64,000 bases of DNA. Source: a phage. The notes beneath the pieces were generated by a model that was given only the letters and a program-made list of their open reading frames with translations, did no database searches and was not told the origin of the DNA. Below, in pieces: positions 48,731-60,054 of the stretch. The position numbers and the translations under genes are program-made. Location of the stretch: the NCBI GenBank assembly GCA_027337125.1, contig GCA_027337125.1_3057.1; one strand, written 5' to 3'. Position 1 is the stretch's first letter; every line of letters starts with the position of its first letter.

Positions 48731-51700
48731 TTATTTTAACAATGATTTAACTAATGCTTTAAGTTCTTCAATTTCTGATTTAAGTTCCGCAATTTCTGCA
48801 GTATGCTCATTGATTGCAGCTGTATTTAAACCAATTACACCGTTATAGTTCAAACGAAGTAAAGCTTCGCCATCAGGGTCACCTTCAACTAATTCAGGCA
48901 AAATAGCTTGAACTTCTTGAGCTATCAAACCGGCGTTTGGTTCCCATTTCTGATTACCTTCTTCATCTAGGCCTCGCTTCTGCATATAAGTGTAACCATT
49001 AATTTTTGAAAGCTTCTCAGAAGCATTTTCAAATTTAACTAGGTCCTTTTTGACACGAATATCAGAGCGGACATAAACATCGCGGACATATGTTGAATAG
49101 TTGTCATTCGCCTGAACTAAATGACCATGAGAAATAACTGCTTTGCCAACTTCTGTCCACAAAGCACCGTTTGTCTCCCAAAGGCCAGGATGAGAATGAT
49201 AAGATGAAGACCATGAAGCTATATGCACTCCATTTGCAACCATATTGATTCGGCCGTCACCACCGTGAACTAATCCAGTATCATTATCACCAATAACAAG
49301 ACACGGTCCAGTCCACACCGGGTCGCCACCACCAGCTGATAATCTTGCTCCGGTTTTAACCATGTTAGGAACATACATAACTCCATTGTGGTGAAATTCA
49401 TAGATAGCTTGTGGGTCAGAACCGTTTTCCTGGTTACCTACACAAATAATACCTTGTGCCCAGTTATTAGTAATGCGTCGCATACCAAAATCTACGCCGG
49501 AAAAATATCCTTCGTTAGTAATACCAGATTTTCCTTTAATAATAGGATAATAGCAGTCATTGCTGACGGATCCAAAATCTACAAATATAGGAGCTTCTAA
49601 ACCCCATTGGTCACCCCAGGCGCCAGATTTATGCGCAACCCATTGTGTACCGTTTATATGAAGGCGGTCTCTATTAAAATTAAATGTTCCTTGACCTTGA
49701 GGAGAAAGCGATATTTCGCCATTATTTGTTATGTATACACCGCCTTGTGTAATGTAACTATAAAAACCTAGACCATTGTCGCCGCCGCCTTTGCCTATAT
49801 ACCAGTTACCTGTACCACCTACATCACTACGGATGTGCGATGAAGCACCCACGCCTGCAGTTAAAACAAGGGCATCATTTCCAGCAGATAAAGTCAACTT
49901 ACCGGTCATCGTATCGCCTTCTTTAGCAACACGAGTAGCTATCGCATCGCGAATATTTGTAGTGTCTCCCGCAGAAGTAAACGATTTCCAAATATCTGAG
50001 AAAATATTACCATTGCGAGCAATAGTAGCTTCACCGCCGCCGACCTGAACGTTATCGGGGAAATTAACTGTACCATCAGCATTAAATCTTGATGTATGGC
50101 CCTGTGAACCATCTTCTTTCAGATGATGAATAACGAATGTACCCGAATTAATTTCAGTACCTAAAGACCAAACGGCTTTACCATTTAAAAACTTCTGTTT
50201 AACAATAGGATAATATTTGCTTATAGCATCATCATCAATTTCCTGGAAAATAGGAGCCGCTTGAACATATTGAATATCATAACCACCAGCGCCTGCGCCA
50301 TGACCAGTAAATTTAATATAGCCGTTTGCCGCGAACGTATTGTAACTTGATTGTAAATCTGGAATAGTAACTTTACCAGTATCTAAAGCTATACTAAACG
50401 GGCGAAGTGGACCGATATCACCATTTTTACCTTCACCGTAAGCAGTTGGAATAATATGAAGACTGCCTTCTGAACGTCTAAAAATGGCTCCGTAATCATT
50501 ATTCCAAATACGAAGACCATTAACAGCATTTGTAGTGATTTCGCCAAGGGTGTGAACTGCTCGGTCAACCCAAATATCCTTTTTTGCAATAATATTTTCG
50601 TTAATTGTCTGTTGACCATTTAATACGGCTTCAACTGTATTATCTTTATTTCGTTGAATATAATGCATCCATCCAATATCATCAGAAATTTCCATGACAT
50701 TTTTACGGGTGCCTTCACTTGGATTAGTAAAAGTATTTCCCCAAACAGCTATATACATGTTATCAACGGAGCTTTGACCCATGGTATAGCCTTTAAACAT
50801 TAAAGTTGAATTATTATTTCTACCATCAATATTAACAGAACCGCCAATAACATCAATATTACCTGGAGTAACTAACAAACCGCCGTGAGTATTAATGTTT
50901 GTAGTACCTTTACCGCGGAAATAGTGATGATAATTACCGCCTTGATAATATCCTAAAAGAGTCTGACCGTCACCGTATGCGTTATTATCATGGTAAGTAA
51001 CAACAGTGGCTAATGCATAGTTTTCAGTCGGAGGAGTAGTTAAATCTGTTCCATTAGTAGAATATCCAGCTACAAATTTTCTTAGGCTAGTTGTTTCGCT
51101 AGGGCTAAATAAAAATGTTTTCGTTCCATTATTGACGCTGAAATAATATCCATCCTGATGCCATTTTAGCCCGGTATCATTATCGCCAAGAGAAATTGAA
51201 GCAGTCCCTAATTCAGAGTATCCTTTATTGCCACCAGGAGTACCAACAGAAATAGAATGGCCTGCTTTCAATCCACCGGACCAGGTAAACGACCAAAGAT
51301 AGGCATCTAACCCGTCACCGGCGTACCAGGTTATCCCGTCGTTATCTTTAACTTCATGGAATATACCAGATCCTACGGCATTTCGCATAACACGGAGGTG
51401 GTTAATAGCCGTTTCGCTTTCTGCCAATGGAGTGTTATTTGCTAATGAAGATATATCATAATCGCCCGTCTTCTTCCCATCTGTAATAACTTTATCGGTC
51501 AGAATTTGTGGAGACGAAATAGATTTCCATGCTGATACTTCAGGTGAAGTAAATAGGCCACTGCCTGAAAATGCATAAGTGCTTTCATCACCAGCGGCGT
51601 AGTCTTGAACCCTGATATTAAGTACTTGTGTAGTTAAACCATCATTAGCCGGGGCATAAATGATTCCGCGTTCGCGACTATTGCCATCGAAAAAACGAAC

Positions 51701-52060
51701 ATGTGCTGTACCTGAACTTTTTGTAATAAGTTCACCGCCTTCGGTCATAATCTGCCCGGCGGCAATAATATCGCGAGTTACTCGAGCAATACCAGTTAAA
51801 TTAAAATTACCTGTCTGAGTGAAAGTGCCATTTAAAGTATAATCACCAGTTTGATTATAGTTTCCTGTATGAATAACATTCCCGTCAATGCTACCGCCTT
51901 TAGCAAAACCCAGATCAATAATATTTCCTTGGTCGTCTTTAGTAAAAAGTACGCGGTCTTTTAAGTTTATAGCCAATTCACCTTCGGCTAATACTGAAGC
52001 GGCAGGACGTGCTCCTGCAGTTTTGCTTCTTTTAAATTGTATTTGTTTTAAAGTAGCCAT
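48731..52060 (-). CDS. 37: gp37, distal long tail fiber subunit with C-terminal intramolecular-chaperone-like domain
   Basis: 1109 aa, Gly/Thr/Asn-rich fibre; C-terminal about 110 aa begin at SDIRVKKDL and end in a coiled-coil; position after gp36. Confidence 0.9.
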   Translation of the reverse strand: MATLKQIQFKRSKTAGARPAASVLAEGELAINLKDRVLFTKDDQGNIIDLGFAKGGSIDGNVIHTGNYNQTGDYTLNGTFTQTGNFNLTGIARVTRDIIAAGQIMTEGGELITKSSGTAHVRFFDGNSRERGIIYAPANDGLTTQVLNIRVQDYAAGDESTYAFSGSGLFTSPEVSAWKSISSPQILTDKVITDGKKTGDYDISSLANNTPLAESETAINHLRVMRNAVGSGIFHEVKDNDGITWYAGDGLDAYLWSFTWSGGLKAGHSISVGTPGGNKGYSELGTASISLGDNDTGLKWHQDGYYFSVNNGTKTFLFSPSETTSLRKFVAGYSTNGTDLTTPPTENYALATVVTYHDNNAYGDGQTLLGYYQGGNYHHYFRGKGTTNINTHGGLLVTPGNIDVIGGSVNIDGRNNNSTLMFKGYTMGQSSVDNMYIAVWGNTFTNPSEGTRKNVMEISDDIGWMHYIQRNKDNTVEAVLNGQQTINENIIAKKDIWVDRAVHTLGEITTNAVNGLRIWNNDYGAIFRRSEGSLHIIPTAYGEGKNGDIGPLRPFSIALDTGKVTIPDLQSSYNTFAANGYIKFTGHGAGAGGYDIQYVQAAPIFQEIDDDAISKYYPIVKQKFLNGKAVWSLGTEINSGTFVIHHLKEDGSQGHTSRFNADGTVNFPDNVQVGGGEATIARNGNIFSDIWKSFTSAGDTTNIRDAIATRVAKEGDTMTGKLTLSAGNDALVLTAGVGASSHIRSDVGGTGNWYIGKGGGDNGLGFYSYITQGGVYITNNGEISLSPQGQGTFNFNRDRLHINGTQWVAHKSGAWGDQWGLEAPIFVDFGSVSNDCYYPIIKGKSGITNEGYFSGVDFGMRRITNNWAQGIICVGNQENGSDPQAIYEFHHNGVMYVPNMVKTGARLSAGGGDPVWTGPCLVIGDNDTGLVHGGDGRINMVANGVHIASWSSSYHSHPGLWETNGALWTEVGKAVISHGHLVQANDNYSTYVRDVYVRSDIRVKKDLVKFENASEKLSKINGYTYMQKRGLDEEGNQKWEPNAGLIAQEVQAILPELVEGDPDGEALLRLNYNGVIGLNTAAINEHTAEIAELKSEIEELKALVKSLLK
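48734..49066 (-). other. gp37 C-terminal intramolecular chaperone (self-cleaving) domain
   Basis: Motif RSDIRVKKD...NYNGVIGL... plus terminal coiled-coil resembles the autoproteolytic chaperone domains of other phage fibres; T2-type gp37 is known to be C-terminally processed. Confidence 0.55.
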
Positions 52061-52068
52061 AAGTCCTC

Positions 52069-52725
52069 TTAATAATAGCCGAAATCTTGAACAGAATCCT
52101 TAATAACAATTTGATCAAATCGTGGAACATGCGAAGGTTGAGATGCAGGATTCTGTGAAAAAAGGTTTGGCGCAGTTAAATTTCCTGTCATAGTATCTCC
52201 AGAGCGTAATACTCTAGAGTTTGCGTTTGCTGTAACAATATTTATTGCTCCATCAACATAATCTTTCCTTGTAAGGTCATAATTATTTACTGGAGATAAT
52301 GAAGCTGCGCGTATTTGTGATGCTTCAATTACACCCTTTGAGCTAATATCTCCATTTCGCGTGTTAATTACTACAGTTCTACCTGCTGTTCCTTGTGATG
52401 ATTTAAAACCAATACCATACCACGAAACAATATCCATATTTGTAGTATCAAATGTTGCTCCATCATCATTACCAGGATATATACCATTTCCAGAATTACT
52501 TGCTAATGGAATCGTTATTCCATTATTAAAAATTACTCTATTTAAATAAGTACCACCATTAGCTTTAGAAACGAAATCGTTATCAGCAGCTTGTGGTTTA
52601 TTGTATTCTGAATATATTTTAAATGATTTATAGAGTACATCGTCACCGGCTGGATTCAATGGAAAATTTCCTTGATGCCAAATGACAGAGCCTCCAGTTG
52701 TTGAACCTACTTTTAAATCAGCCAT
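52069..52725 (-). CDS. 36: gp36, long tail fiber hinge connector
   Basis: 218 aa; between gp35 and gp37 as in T4. Confidence 0.85.
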   Translation of the reverse strand: MADLKVGSTTGGSVIWHQGNFPLNPAGDDVLYKSFKIYSEYNKPQAADNDFVSKANGGTYLNRVIFNNGITIPLASNSGNGIYPGNDDGATFDTTNMDIVSWYGIGFKSSQGTAGRTVVINTRNGDISSKGVIEASQIRAASLSPVNNYDLTRKDYVDGAINIVTANANSRVLRSGDTMTGNLTAPNLFSQNPASQPSHVPRFDQIVIKDSVQDFGYY

Positions 52726-52748
52726 TGTATGCCCCTTTATTTTAATAG

Positions 52749-52756
52749 TATTTATA
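52749..52756 (-). promoter_or_regulatory. late promoter TATAAATA upstream of gene 36
   Basis: Exact consensus on the - strand in the 35-36 intergenic region. Confidence 0.65.
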
Positions 52757-52787
52757 AAGAAAAAGGGAACCCGAAGGCTCCCTCAAT

Positions 52788-53906
52788 TTAAACTTCTCTA
52801 AATTCTTGTCCAAACACTTTACCAGTTTTAGACGATGCTTGTGTAGGAAGTACCATTATGTCCGGAGGTGAAGCAGATTCACAGACATAATTAACTCGAA
52901 TACCATTAACGCCAAATTCAGCAGGTTTAGAAATACCTCCATTTCTTGACACTTCAGAAAAGCTTAAATTTCTCATACCGCCTTGACCAGCTTGTGCAGT
53001 TCTTTGTGCGTATATCGTAAATCCTACTGCGTTTTCTGGAATAACTACATAATCTTCCTTTAATTCCCATGACCCAGCTTGTCCAGTAAACTCAGCATGT
53101 GTTGAGGAAATATATCCATTCGACTCATCATAAAATCTAATAGATATATTCGTAGTTCCAAGAGCGAGTAAATCTGCATCAGCATATAGTTGTGCTTTAA
53201 GATAAAGCACATCGCCTGGAATTAAATTATAATCAGATAATTTACTTATAGCAGCTGAAGTTGGTAGACGCGCAATTTCGTTATTAGTTCCACCAACCGC
53301 TGACATAAATTGCTCCACGCTTTCATATGTTCTTTTAGGAAATCCCGTAGCTCCAACGTCTTCTAAACTATCAAATACAACATCTAAAATAGTTTGATAA
53401 TCATCTGTGCTTTTTCTATTGCTCAGTTTAACATGCTCTAATGCAATAGCTCTTTTAGAAGAAGTGTAAAAAGCAGCATATGATACGTCAAATCTTGACA
53501 ATACAGAATCAGATGGAAAAGCAGACGTTCCTGCGGTTCTTATCCAAGATACTACCTCAGGAGGAAAATTAACTTTTCCGTTAGTTAATATAGCAACAAG
53601 TCTATTATTCGTCAAAGAGTTCATGAAACTAACAAAAGCAGCTGATGTAGTATCATTTGAAGTCGAAAAAGCATATGACTTACTATCAACTAATGCACCG
53701 GTGGAAGGATCAAAAACTCTTAAATGAAGACCCGCGCTAAATGTTTGACTTCCGACAGGATTATCCTGAAATTTAACGTATGGTCCTTCTGCAGTAGAAA
53801 GCGGGCAAGAACCCGCTATACTTATTTTATATCTTACTGAATTACTTTCCGATAAAAATGGCGTTTGGACATATCCTTGTCCAAACTCTGCCATAAATTT
53901 TTCCAT
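52788..53906 (-). CDS. 35: gp35, long tail fiber hinge protein
   Basis: 372 aa as in T4; follows gp34. Confidence 0.85.
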   Translation of the reverse strand: MEKFMAEFGQGYVQTPFLSESNSVRYKISIAGSCPLSTAEGPYVKFQDNPVGSQTFSAGLHLRVFDPSTGALVDSKSYAFSTSNDTTSAAFVSFMNSLTNNRLVAILTNGKVNFPPEVVSWIRTAGTSAFPSDSVLSRFDVSYAAFYTSSKRAIALEHVKLSNRKSTDDYQTILDVVFDSLEDVGATGFPKRTYESVEQFMSAVGGTNNEIARLPTSAAISKLSDYNLIPGDVLYLKAQLYADADLLALGTTNISIRFYDESNGYISSTHAEFTGQAGSWELKEDYVVIPENAVGFTIYAQRTAQAGQGGMRNLSFSEVSRNGGISKPAEFGVNGIRVNYVCESASPPDIMVLPTQASSKTGKVFGQEFREV

Positions 53907-53914
53907 AATACCTC

Positions 53915-56900
53915 TTATTCAACCCATTCAAATTTAACCGTTTTATTCACTGGGTCAGGAATAATGCGAACATTACCAATTCGTAAGAAATCACGAATAG
54001 TAAGATTCCCCATTATAGCATTATCAGATGGTAAAGCACCGATATCAGACGGCTGAGGAGGGTTACCCCCATCAAATACCTGAACAAAACTTGACCAAGA
54101 GTTTTTGGTTTTCTGCCATGTGCGCGTCCAGCGAGTGGTGCGCGCTTCTGGGGTCGTTGGATAAGTAATCCAATCTTGATAAAGCGAATCGAGTGTGTTA
54201 CCAAACTGAGTCAATGTACCAGGAGATTTAACTTCTTCGCCACGTTCTAAGTATGGAAGTCCAGTCACTTCATTAGTCTTTTCAACCATCTTAAAATAAC
54301 CCGGGAACTGGTTATAAGTGGCTGAATCATTAATATCGATTGACCAGAATCCTACAGTATCAGATGTTGGCGCACGAGTATATAAATCAGAGGTTTTAGT
54401 GCCTTGAGAACGAATTCTCGAGTTGACAGTTAAACCACCTGAAGTTATAGTAGCACCTTTGGCAATGATTAAGCTTTCACCAATTGTAACCTGACCAGAT
54501 TGATTATTAATTGATAATGGACGTAATCCATTAAATCCACCAGTCTGATCACCAGATGCAGTAAGCATAAAATAGGTGTTAGCAGCATCATTACGAATAA
54601 AGAATCCATAATCACCGTTTATTGCTCTAAAAGCATTCGACGATTTACTGATAAATTCGCCATTAGCAGTAACTGAACTACCGAATGTTGCAACGCCGTT
54701 CGCGTTCAAAGAACCTAAAGCATTCACATTTATTGGCATTACAGTACCATTAATGCTAAATGCTATATTACCATCCGTATCGCGTTGAGAATAAAAGTGA
54801 TAAGATGTTTCATCACTAACTTCAAATACGGTAGAACGTGTTGTGTTTGATTCCCCGCTAAATTGATTCCCCCACACGCTGACTGTCATCGTTTGAGCCG
54901 GGTTCGTTCCAGTTTGAGGTCCTTTCTCAAAAATCAGACGAGTTGCTGTTCCATCAGTATTAGAAATGGTTAGTGTACTATTTGCTGAAACTGATCCACC
55001 AAACGTAGCAGTACTAGATGATACAAGAGGGGCACCCAGATTCGTTTGTTGGGTTAAGGTTAGTGAACCATTAACCGTTTGTGCAATATCCCTACGAATG
55101 AACTGAGATGAATTTAGACCATCCAGTAAATTACTATCTACGGCTTTTGCTTTTAACGGCAAATAATTTGCTAATACACGGTTTAATTCATATGGCGATA
55201 CTGCATAGCTATTTTTCTCGTATAATTCTAATGACTGGGTTGAACCAACTGTATCATTACCAACGAATGTAATTGAACCAGATGAAGTTTTAACAAAACC
55301 TCTTACCAGGGTAGTAGCTGCCCAAGTAGGTTCACTCTGTACAATCCATTTTAAATTTTTTGGAGATACAGCAGTGTTCGCTGACGTTCCAGTCACAGTT
55401 TCAGACTGGGTTGCAACTTTAATAACACCTTCTTGTGCTTCGGTAGATTTAGTACCTAAAAGCTTTTTAGGAGTTATTAAAACATTATCTAATATTCCTG
55501 CAGCAGCTTCAACTTGTGTAGCTACACGAAGTGTACCACGTTGTGTCTCATTTGCTTCAAGAATATTAAGGGTATAATGGTCCCAGAGAGTTCCTGATTC
55601 AACTAATCCAGATAGAGCAACAACAGAAGTACGATCAGTACTATTAAATCTGGTTTTAATTTTTAATGGTGTAGAGATACGAGTATCATCGACGCCTGCG
55701 TCGAATTCAACTTGTGTAGCAATTTCAGCTATACCACTTAAACTTTCAGTTGCTCTACGGTCATTTAAAGTTTTAGGAGTGACTGCACGAGTATAATCAG
55801 TTCCTGTATTAACTTCACTTTGCGTAGCAATTTCAATTAAACCAATTCTTGCATCAGTTGATGTCTTTTTATGTAACGTTTCTGGTGTTACAACCGCATT
55901 TGCCCATCCTTCTTGGCTTTGTCCAGCAATTACTTCACTTTCAACTGCTAAAATTACTGCACCTTGTTGTGTTGGAGTAGCTTTATACTGATCCAAAGCT
56001 TTAGGCGAAACAACTAAATTATTAGTGTTTTTATTATAAACGTTTGTACCATTTAATTCACGACTAGAAGCTGGAGTAGCTCCTGCGGTAGATACAAAGG
56101 TTACAATACCAGATAATGATTCAGAACCCTGACGAGCTTGAAGCTTTTTAGGAGTGATGATTGTAGTATCATCAGTACCTGCATTAGTTTCTTGCTGCGT
56201 AGCAATTTCAGCGACACCTCTACGAGTTTCTGTAGCAGTTCTTTCATTCAGCTTTTTAGGGGTGATGATAAGGTCATCAGCAAAAGAGAATGTGGTGTTC
56301 TGATTCACTTGAGCAGTTGTTGCTATTCTTGCAATACCTCTACGAGTTTCTGTAGCAGTACGATTAGCTAACGTTTCTGGAGTAATTGCCAATTCTTTTT
56401 GCGGAGAATTTTCTAAATCGGCATTAGCTTGAGCTTGTGTAGCTAAAGCAATTACGCCTAATCTCGCTCTAGTAGAATCATTTAAAGAATCAACTCTTTC
56501 TACAGTTGGAACGTTTTGCTGTACAACCCAGTATTTTCCATCAGAATCTTCTATATAAGCAAGCTCTAAAACTGGAACATAATTAGTTTCACCGTTAAAA
56601 ACTAATTCTTGAACTGTAACCCACTCAGCTTCAGGCGGATATTCTGAGCGTTTTGGGAATTGCAGCAATTGAACTGAAGAAGCAATTTTATCTTCATCAG
56701 CAGCTTTGATTTTAACTGTTTGTCCTTTTCTCATGTAATTCATGGAAATTTTAACAGTATCGCCAATGGAAATATCGGTCGGAAGCTGAAGTTCAATTGT
56801 TTGAGTTGTTCCATTATTCGCACCAAATACCATAACTTCTTCGTTTGGACGAATATTAGAATTAGTTGTTATAACGCGTAAACGTGCTTTACTATCCCCG

Positions 56901-57787
56901 TCAAATAATCTCCATAATTTCTCATTATCATCATACATCAAGAAACCATCAATAGATGTACGGCCTTCAATGGAATGAGTTCCATCTTCTTGTACTGATG
57001 TAGTTTCATCATATGTAGTAACAATTGTATGATAAAGAGGATTTAATTTATCTAAATCAACGAAATTAATAATATCGCCATGATTAGCAAATCTCGGAAG
57101 TTTAATATTTATCGGTGCAGCAGAAGTAAATCTGCGCACGATAAAATCGTTTGACTGCGCCTGGTAGAGACTTGCTGGCGTCACAACTACCGCTTCTCTG
57201 CTATAATCAGCCACATACATTTGCCACAGACGATTACTAAAAATTAAAACTATCTGTGATTTTGGATGGGTCATTAGTACTGATCGTACTTGTTCGCCTC
57301 TAAAGTTTACAATACTTTGCACTGGAGCTACAATTAAAACTTGGTTAACTCCCGGTTTTCCTCCAATATCTTGGAGAACGATAGTATCACCATCAATTGG
57401 AGAAGATGGCAAAGTAAATGTAATGTCATTACCAGCTGCGGTGTTAACTGAAATTGATTCACCTGATTTTAATTGATACGGTCCTGATGAAACAGTTGTC
57501 CAATTTGCATCAGTACGTAATGCTCTCCATCGTACGCTATTAAAAGCTCCTGCTGGTTTTGGAATATCATTTATAGCAGCCCAAAAACGGTTATCATAAA
57601 TGATTACAAAATCTTTTAAATATCCACGAGTTGGATCATATTGTTGAACTGTGTTTTCTTGAATTAAGTAATCAACGTTAACACCGTCAGTTCCTACGGT
57701 ACGATCAGCTAAAGCTACATTGATTACTTTATCGCCACCTGCGTCCAGACCGTCTTCTGCTCTGAACTTTCTTTTAATCTCGGCCAT
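53915..57787 (-). CDS. 34: gp34, proximal long tail fiber subunit
   Basis: 1290 aa; internal repeats (TETRRG-A-IAT ... TPKKL); first gene of the - strand late fibre operon. Confidence 0.9.
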   Translation of the reverse strand: MAEIKRKFRAEDGLDAGGDKVINVALADRTVGTDGVNVDYLIQENTVQQYDPTRGYLKDFVIIYDNRFWAAINDIPKPAGAFNSVRWRALRTDANWTTVSSGPYQLKSGESISVNTAAGNDITFTLPSSPIDGDTIVLQDIGGKPGVNQVLIVAPVQSIVNFRGEQVRSVLMTHPKSQIVLIFSNRLWQMYVADYSREAVVVTPASLYQAQSNDFIVRRFTSAAPINIKLPRFANHGDIINFVDLDKLNPLYHTIVTTYDETTSVQEDGTHSIEGRTSIDGFLMYDDNEKLWRLFDGDSKARLRVITTNSNIRPNEEVMVFGANNGTTQTIELQLPTDISIGDTVKISMNYMRKGQTVKIKAADEDKIASSVQLLQFPKRSEYPPEAEWVTVQELVFNGETNYVPVLELAYIEDSDGKYWVVQQNVPTVERVDSLNDSTRARLGVIALATQAQANADLENSPQKELAITPETLANRTATETRRGIARIATTAQVNQNTTFSFADDLIITPKKLNERTATETRRGVAEIATQQETNAGTDDTTIITPKKLQARQGSESLSGIVTFVSTAGATPASSRELNGTNVYNKNTNNLVVSPKALDQYKATPTQQGAVILAVESEVIAGQSQEGWANAVVTPETLHKKTSTDARIGLIEIATQSEVNTGTDYTRAVTPKTLNDRRATESLSGIAEIATQVEFDAGVDDTRISTPLKIKTRFNSTDRTSVVALSGLVESGTLWDHYTLNILEANETQRGTLRVATQVEAAAGILDNVLITPKKLLGTKSTEAQEGVIKVATQSETVTGTSANTAVSPKNLKWIVQSEPTWAATTLVRGFVKTSSGSITFVGNDTVGSTQSLELYEKNSYAVSPYELNRVLANYLPLKAKAVDSNLLDGLNSSQFIRRDIAQTVNGSLTLTQQTNLGAPLVSSSTATFGGSVSANSTLTISNTDGTATRLIFEKGPQTGTNPAQTMTVSVWGNQFSGESNTTRSTVFEVSDETSYHFYSQRDTDGNIAFSINGTVMPINVNALGSLNANGVATFGSSVTANGEFISKSSNAFRAINGDYGFFIRNDAANTYFMLTASGDQTGGFNGLRPLSINNQSGQVTIGESLIIAKGATITSGGLTVNSRIRSQGTKTSDLYTRAPTSDTVGFWSIDINDSATYNQFPGYFKMVEKTNEVTGLPYLERGEEVKSPGTLTQFGNTLDSLYQDWITYPTTPEARTTRWTRTWQKTKNSWSSFVQVFDGGNPPQPSDIGALPSDNAIMGNLTIRDFLRIGNVRIIPDPVNKTVKFEWVE
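56216..56359 (-). repeat. direct repeat inside gene 34 (24 bp perfect repeat 120 bp apart, part of the about 40 aa protein repeats)
   Basis: ACCTCTACGAGTTTCTGTAGCAGT occurs at 56216-56239 and 56336-56359 on the + strand. Confidence 0.7.
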
Positions 57788-57822
57788 TCTCCCGGGCTCC
57801 TATTGTGTTTTCAATAATAAGT

Positions 57823-57830
57823 ATTTATAC
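57823..57830 (-). promoter_or_regulatory. late promoter TATAAATA for gene 34
   Basis: Exact consensus on the - strand about 35 bp upstream of the gp34 start. Confidence 0.7.
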
Positions 57831-57832
57831 TT

Positions 57833-57862
57833 GTTTACTTTAAGATTTGGATGGTATATAAT
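57833..57862 (+). promoter_or_regulatory. early promoter (GTTTAC, TATAAT) for rnh, divergent from the gene 34 late promoter
   Basis: Consensus, 18 bp spacing; -35 lies 3 bp from the - strand late promoter. Confidence 0.55.
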
Positions 57863-57891
57863 AGAAATCTCACTAATTGAACGAGGTTCAT

Positions 57892-58809
57892 ATGGATTTA
57901 GAAATGATGCTGGATGAAGATTACAAAGAAGGAATTTGCTTAATTGACTTTAGTCAAATTGCGCTTTCAACTGCTTTGGTAAACTTCCCAGATAAAGAAA
58001 AAATTAATTTATCAATGGTTCGTCATTTGATATTGAACTCAATTAAGTTTAATGTCAAAAAAGCAAAAACTCTTGGATACACTAAAATTGTACTGTGTAT
58101 CGATAACGCGAAATCTGGATACTGGCGTCGTGATTTCGCTTATTACTATAAGAAAAACCGTGGAAAAGCACGAGAAGAATCTACTTGGGATTGGGAAGGT
58201 TATTTTGAATCCAGTCATAAAGTTATAGATGAATTGAAAGCTTATATGCCATACATTGTTATGGATATTGATAAGTATGAAGCAGATGACCACATTGCTG
58301 TGCTTGTTAAAAAGTTCTCTTTAGAAGGACATAAGATTTTAATCATTTCATCGGATGGCGACTTTACTCAACTTCACAAATATCCAAATGTTAAGCAATG
58401 GTCTCCGATGCATAAGAAATGGGTTAAAATTAAAAGTGGTTCTGCTGAAATTGACTGTATGACTAAAATCCTTAAAGGCGACAAAAAGGATAACGTTGCT
58501 TCAGTTAAAGTACGATCTGACTTTTGGTTTACCAGAGTTGAAGGTGAACGAACTCCTTCAATGAAAACTTCAATCGTTGAAGCTATTGCTAATGACCGTG
58601 AGCAAGCTAAGGTGCTTCTCACAGAATCTGAATATAATCGTTATAAAGAAAATTTAGTTCTAATTGATTTTGATTATATTCCTGATAATATTGCTTCAAA
58701 CATTGTGAATTATTATAATTCATATAAATTACCACCGCGTGGCAAAATTTATTCATATTTTGTAAAAGCGGGTCTTTCTAAATTAACTAATAGCATTAAT
58801 GAATTTTGA
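57892..58809 (+). CDS. rnh: RNase H (5'-3' exonuclease, FEN family)
   Basis: Track ORF 57877-58809; ATG at 57892 gives MDLEMMLDEDYKEG..., 305 aa as in T4. Confidence 0.9.
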   Translation: MDLEMMLDEDYKEGICLIDFSQIALSTALVNFPDKEKINLSMVRHLILNSIKFNVKKAKTLGYTKIVLCIDNAKSGYWRRDFAYYYKKNRGKAREESTWDWEGYFESSHKVIDELKAYMPYIVMDIDKYEADDHIAVLVKKFSLEGHKILIISSDGDFTQLHKYPNVKQWSPMHKKWVKIKSGSAEIDCMTKILKGDKKDNVASVKVRSDFWFTRVEGERTPSMKTSIVEAIANDREQAKVLLTESEYNRYKENLVLIDFDYIPDNIASNIVNYYNSYKLPPRGKIYSYFVKAGLSKLTNSINEF

Positions 58810-58817
58810 GGTGAATA

Positions 58818-59087
58818 ATGGCTAAAAAAGAAATGGTTGAATTTGATGAAGCTATCCATGGCGAAGACTTGGCTAAATTTATTAAAGAAGCATCTGATCA
58901 TAAACTGAAAATTTCTGGTTATAATGAATTGATTAAAGATATTCGAATTCGTGCTAAAGATGAACTCGGTGTTGATGGTAAGATGTTTAATCGTCTATTA
59001 GCTTTGTATCATAAAGATAATCGTGATGTGTTTGAAGCTGAAACTGAAGAGGTAGTTGAACTTTATGACACAGTTTTCTCTAAATGA
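58818..59087 (+). CDS. dsbA: DsbA, dsDNA-binding late-transcription accessory protein
   Basis: 89 aa; between rnh and gene 33 as in T4. Confidence 0.75.
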   Translation: MAKKEMVEFDEAIHGEDLAKFIKEASDHKLKISGYNELIKDIRIRAKDELGVDGKMFNRLLALYHKDNRDVFEAETEEVVELYDTVFSK

Positions 59088-59403
59088 TATTCGTCCGGTC
59101 GATGAGGCCGGTCTTTCAGAAAAAGAACTTTCAATTAAGAAAGAAAAGGATGAAATAGCAAAGCTTCTTGATCGTCAAGAAAATGGATTTATTATTGAAA
59201 AAATGGTAGAAGAGTTTGGAATGAGTTATCTTGAAGCTACAACAGCATTCTTAGAAGAAAATTCTATTCCTGAAACTCAATTTGCTAAATTTATTCCTTC
59301 GGGTATAATTGAAAAAATTCAGTCAGAAGCTATTGACGAAAATCTTTTACGTCCTTCTGTTGTTCGTTGTGAAAAAACTAATACATTAGATTTTCTACTA
59401 TGA
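59065..59403 (+). CDS. 33: gp33, late transcription co-activator
   Basis: Track ORF 59056-59403; ATG at 59065 gives 112 aa as in T4. Confidence 0.75.
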   Translation: MTQFSLNDIRPVDEAGLSEKELSIKKEKDEIAKLLDRQENGFIIEKMVEEFGMSYLEATTAFLEENSIPETQFAKFIPSGIIEKIQSEAIDENLLRPSVVRCEKTNTLDFLL

Positions 59404-60053
59404 TTAAACTCCGCATGCCTGCTGGTGGTGAAAGATACATTGATGGTAAATCAGTTTATAAATTATACTTAATGATAAAACAACATATGAATGGAAAGTA
59501 TGATGTAATTAAGTATAATTGGTGCATGCGGGTGTCTGATGCCGCTTATCAAAAGCGAAGGGATAAGTATTTTTTCCAGAAGTTATCAGAAAAATATAAA
59601 TTAAAGGAACTTGCTTTAATCTTTATAAGCAATCTTGTTGCTAACCAAGATGCTTGGATTGGTGACATCTCTGACGCTGATGCACTTGTGTTTTATCGTG
59701 AATATATCGGACGCTTAAAGCAAATTAAATTTAAGTTTGAAGAAGATATTCGCAACATTTATTATTTTAGTAAAAAAGTTGAAGTTTCTGCTTTTAAAGA
59801 AATCTTTGAGTATAATCCAAAAGTCCAATCAAGTTATATTTTTAAACTACTTCAATCGAATATAATTTCGTTTGAGACGTTTATCTTGCTTGATTCGTTT
59901 TTAAATATAATCGATAAACATGATGAACAGACTGATAATTTAGTCTGGAATAATTATTCTATAAAGTTAAAGGCTTATAGAAAAATTTTAAATATTGATT
60001 CACAGAAAGCTAAAAGTGTTTTTATTGAAACTGTGAAATCTTGTAAGTATTGA
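59400..60053 (+). CDS. 59: gp59, helicase loader
   Basis: 217 aa; MIKLRMPAGGERYIDGKSVYKLYLMIKQHMNGKYDVIKYNW... matches recalled T4 gp59. Confidence 0.9.
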   Translation: MIKLRMPAGGERYIDGKSVYKLYLMIKQHMNGKYDVIKYNWCMRVSDAAYQKRRDKYFFQKLSEKYKLKELALIFISNLVANQDAWIGDISDADALVFYREYIGRLKQIKFKFEEDIRNIYYFSKKVEVSAFKEIFEYNPKVQSSYIFKLLQSNIISFETFILLDSFLNIIDKHDEQTDNLVWNNYSIKLKAYRKILNIDSQKAKSVFIETVKSCKY

Positions 60054-60054
60054 T

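Noticed and set aside
49776-50048. + strand ORFs embedded antisense in the tail fibre genes (for example 49388-49600, 49776-50048, 51888-52103, 55374-55577, 56138-56371)
   Set aside because: They lie entirely within well-supported long - strand CDS (gp37, gp34), lack RBS and promoters, and their Pro/Ser/Ala-rich composition is what the complement of Gly/Thr-rich fibre codons produces.
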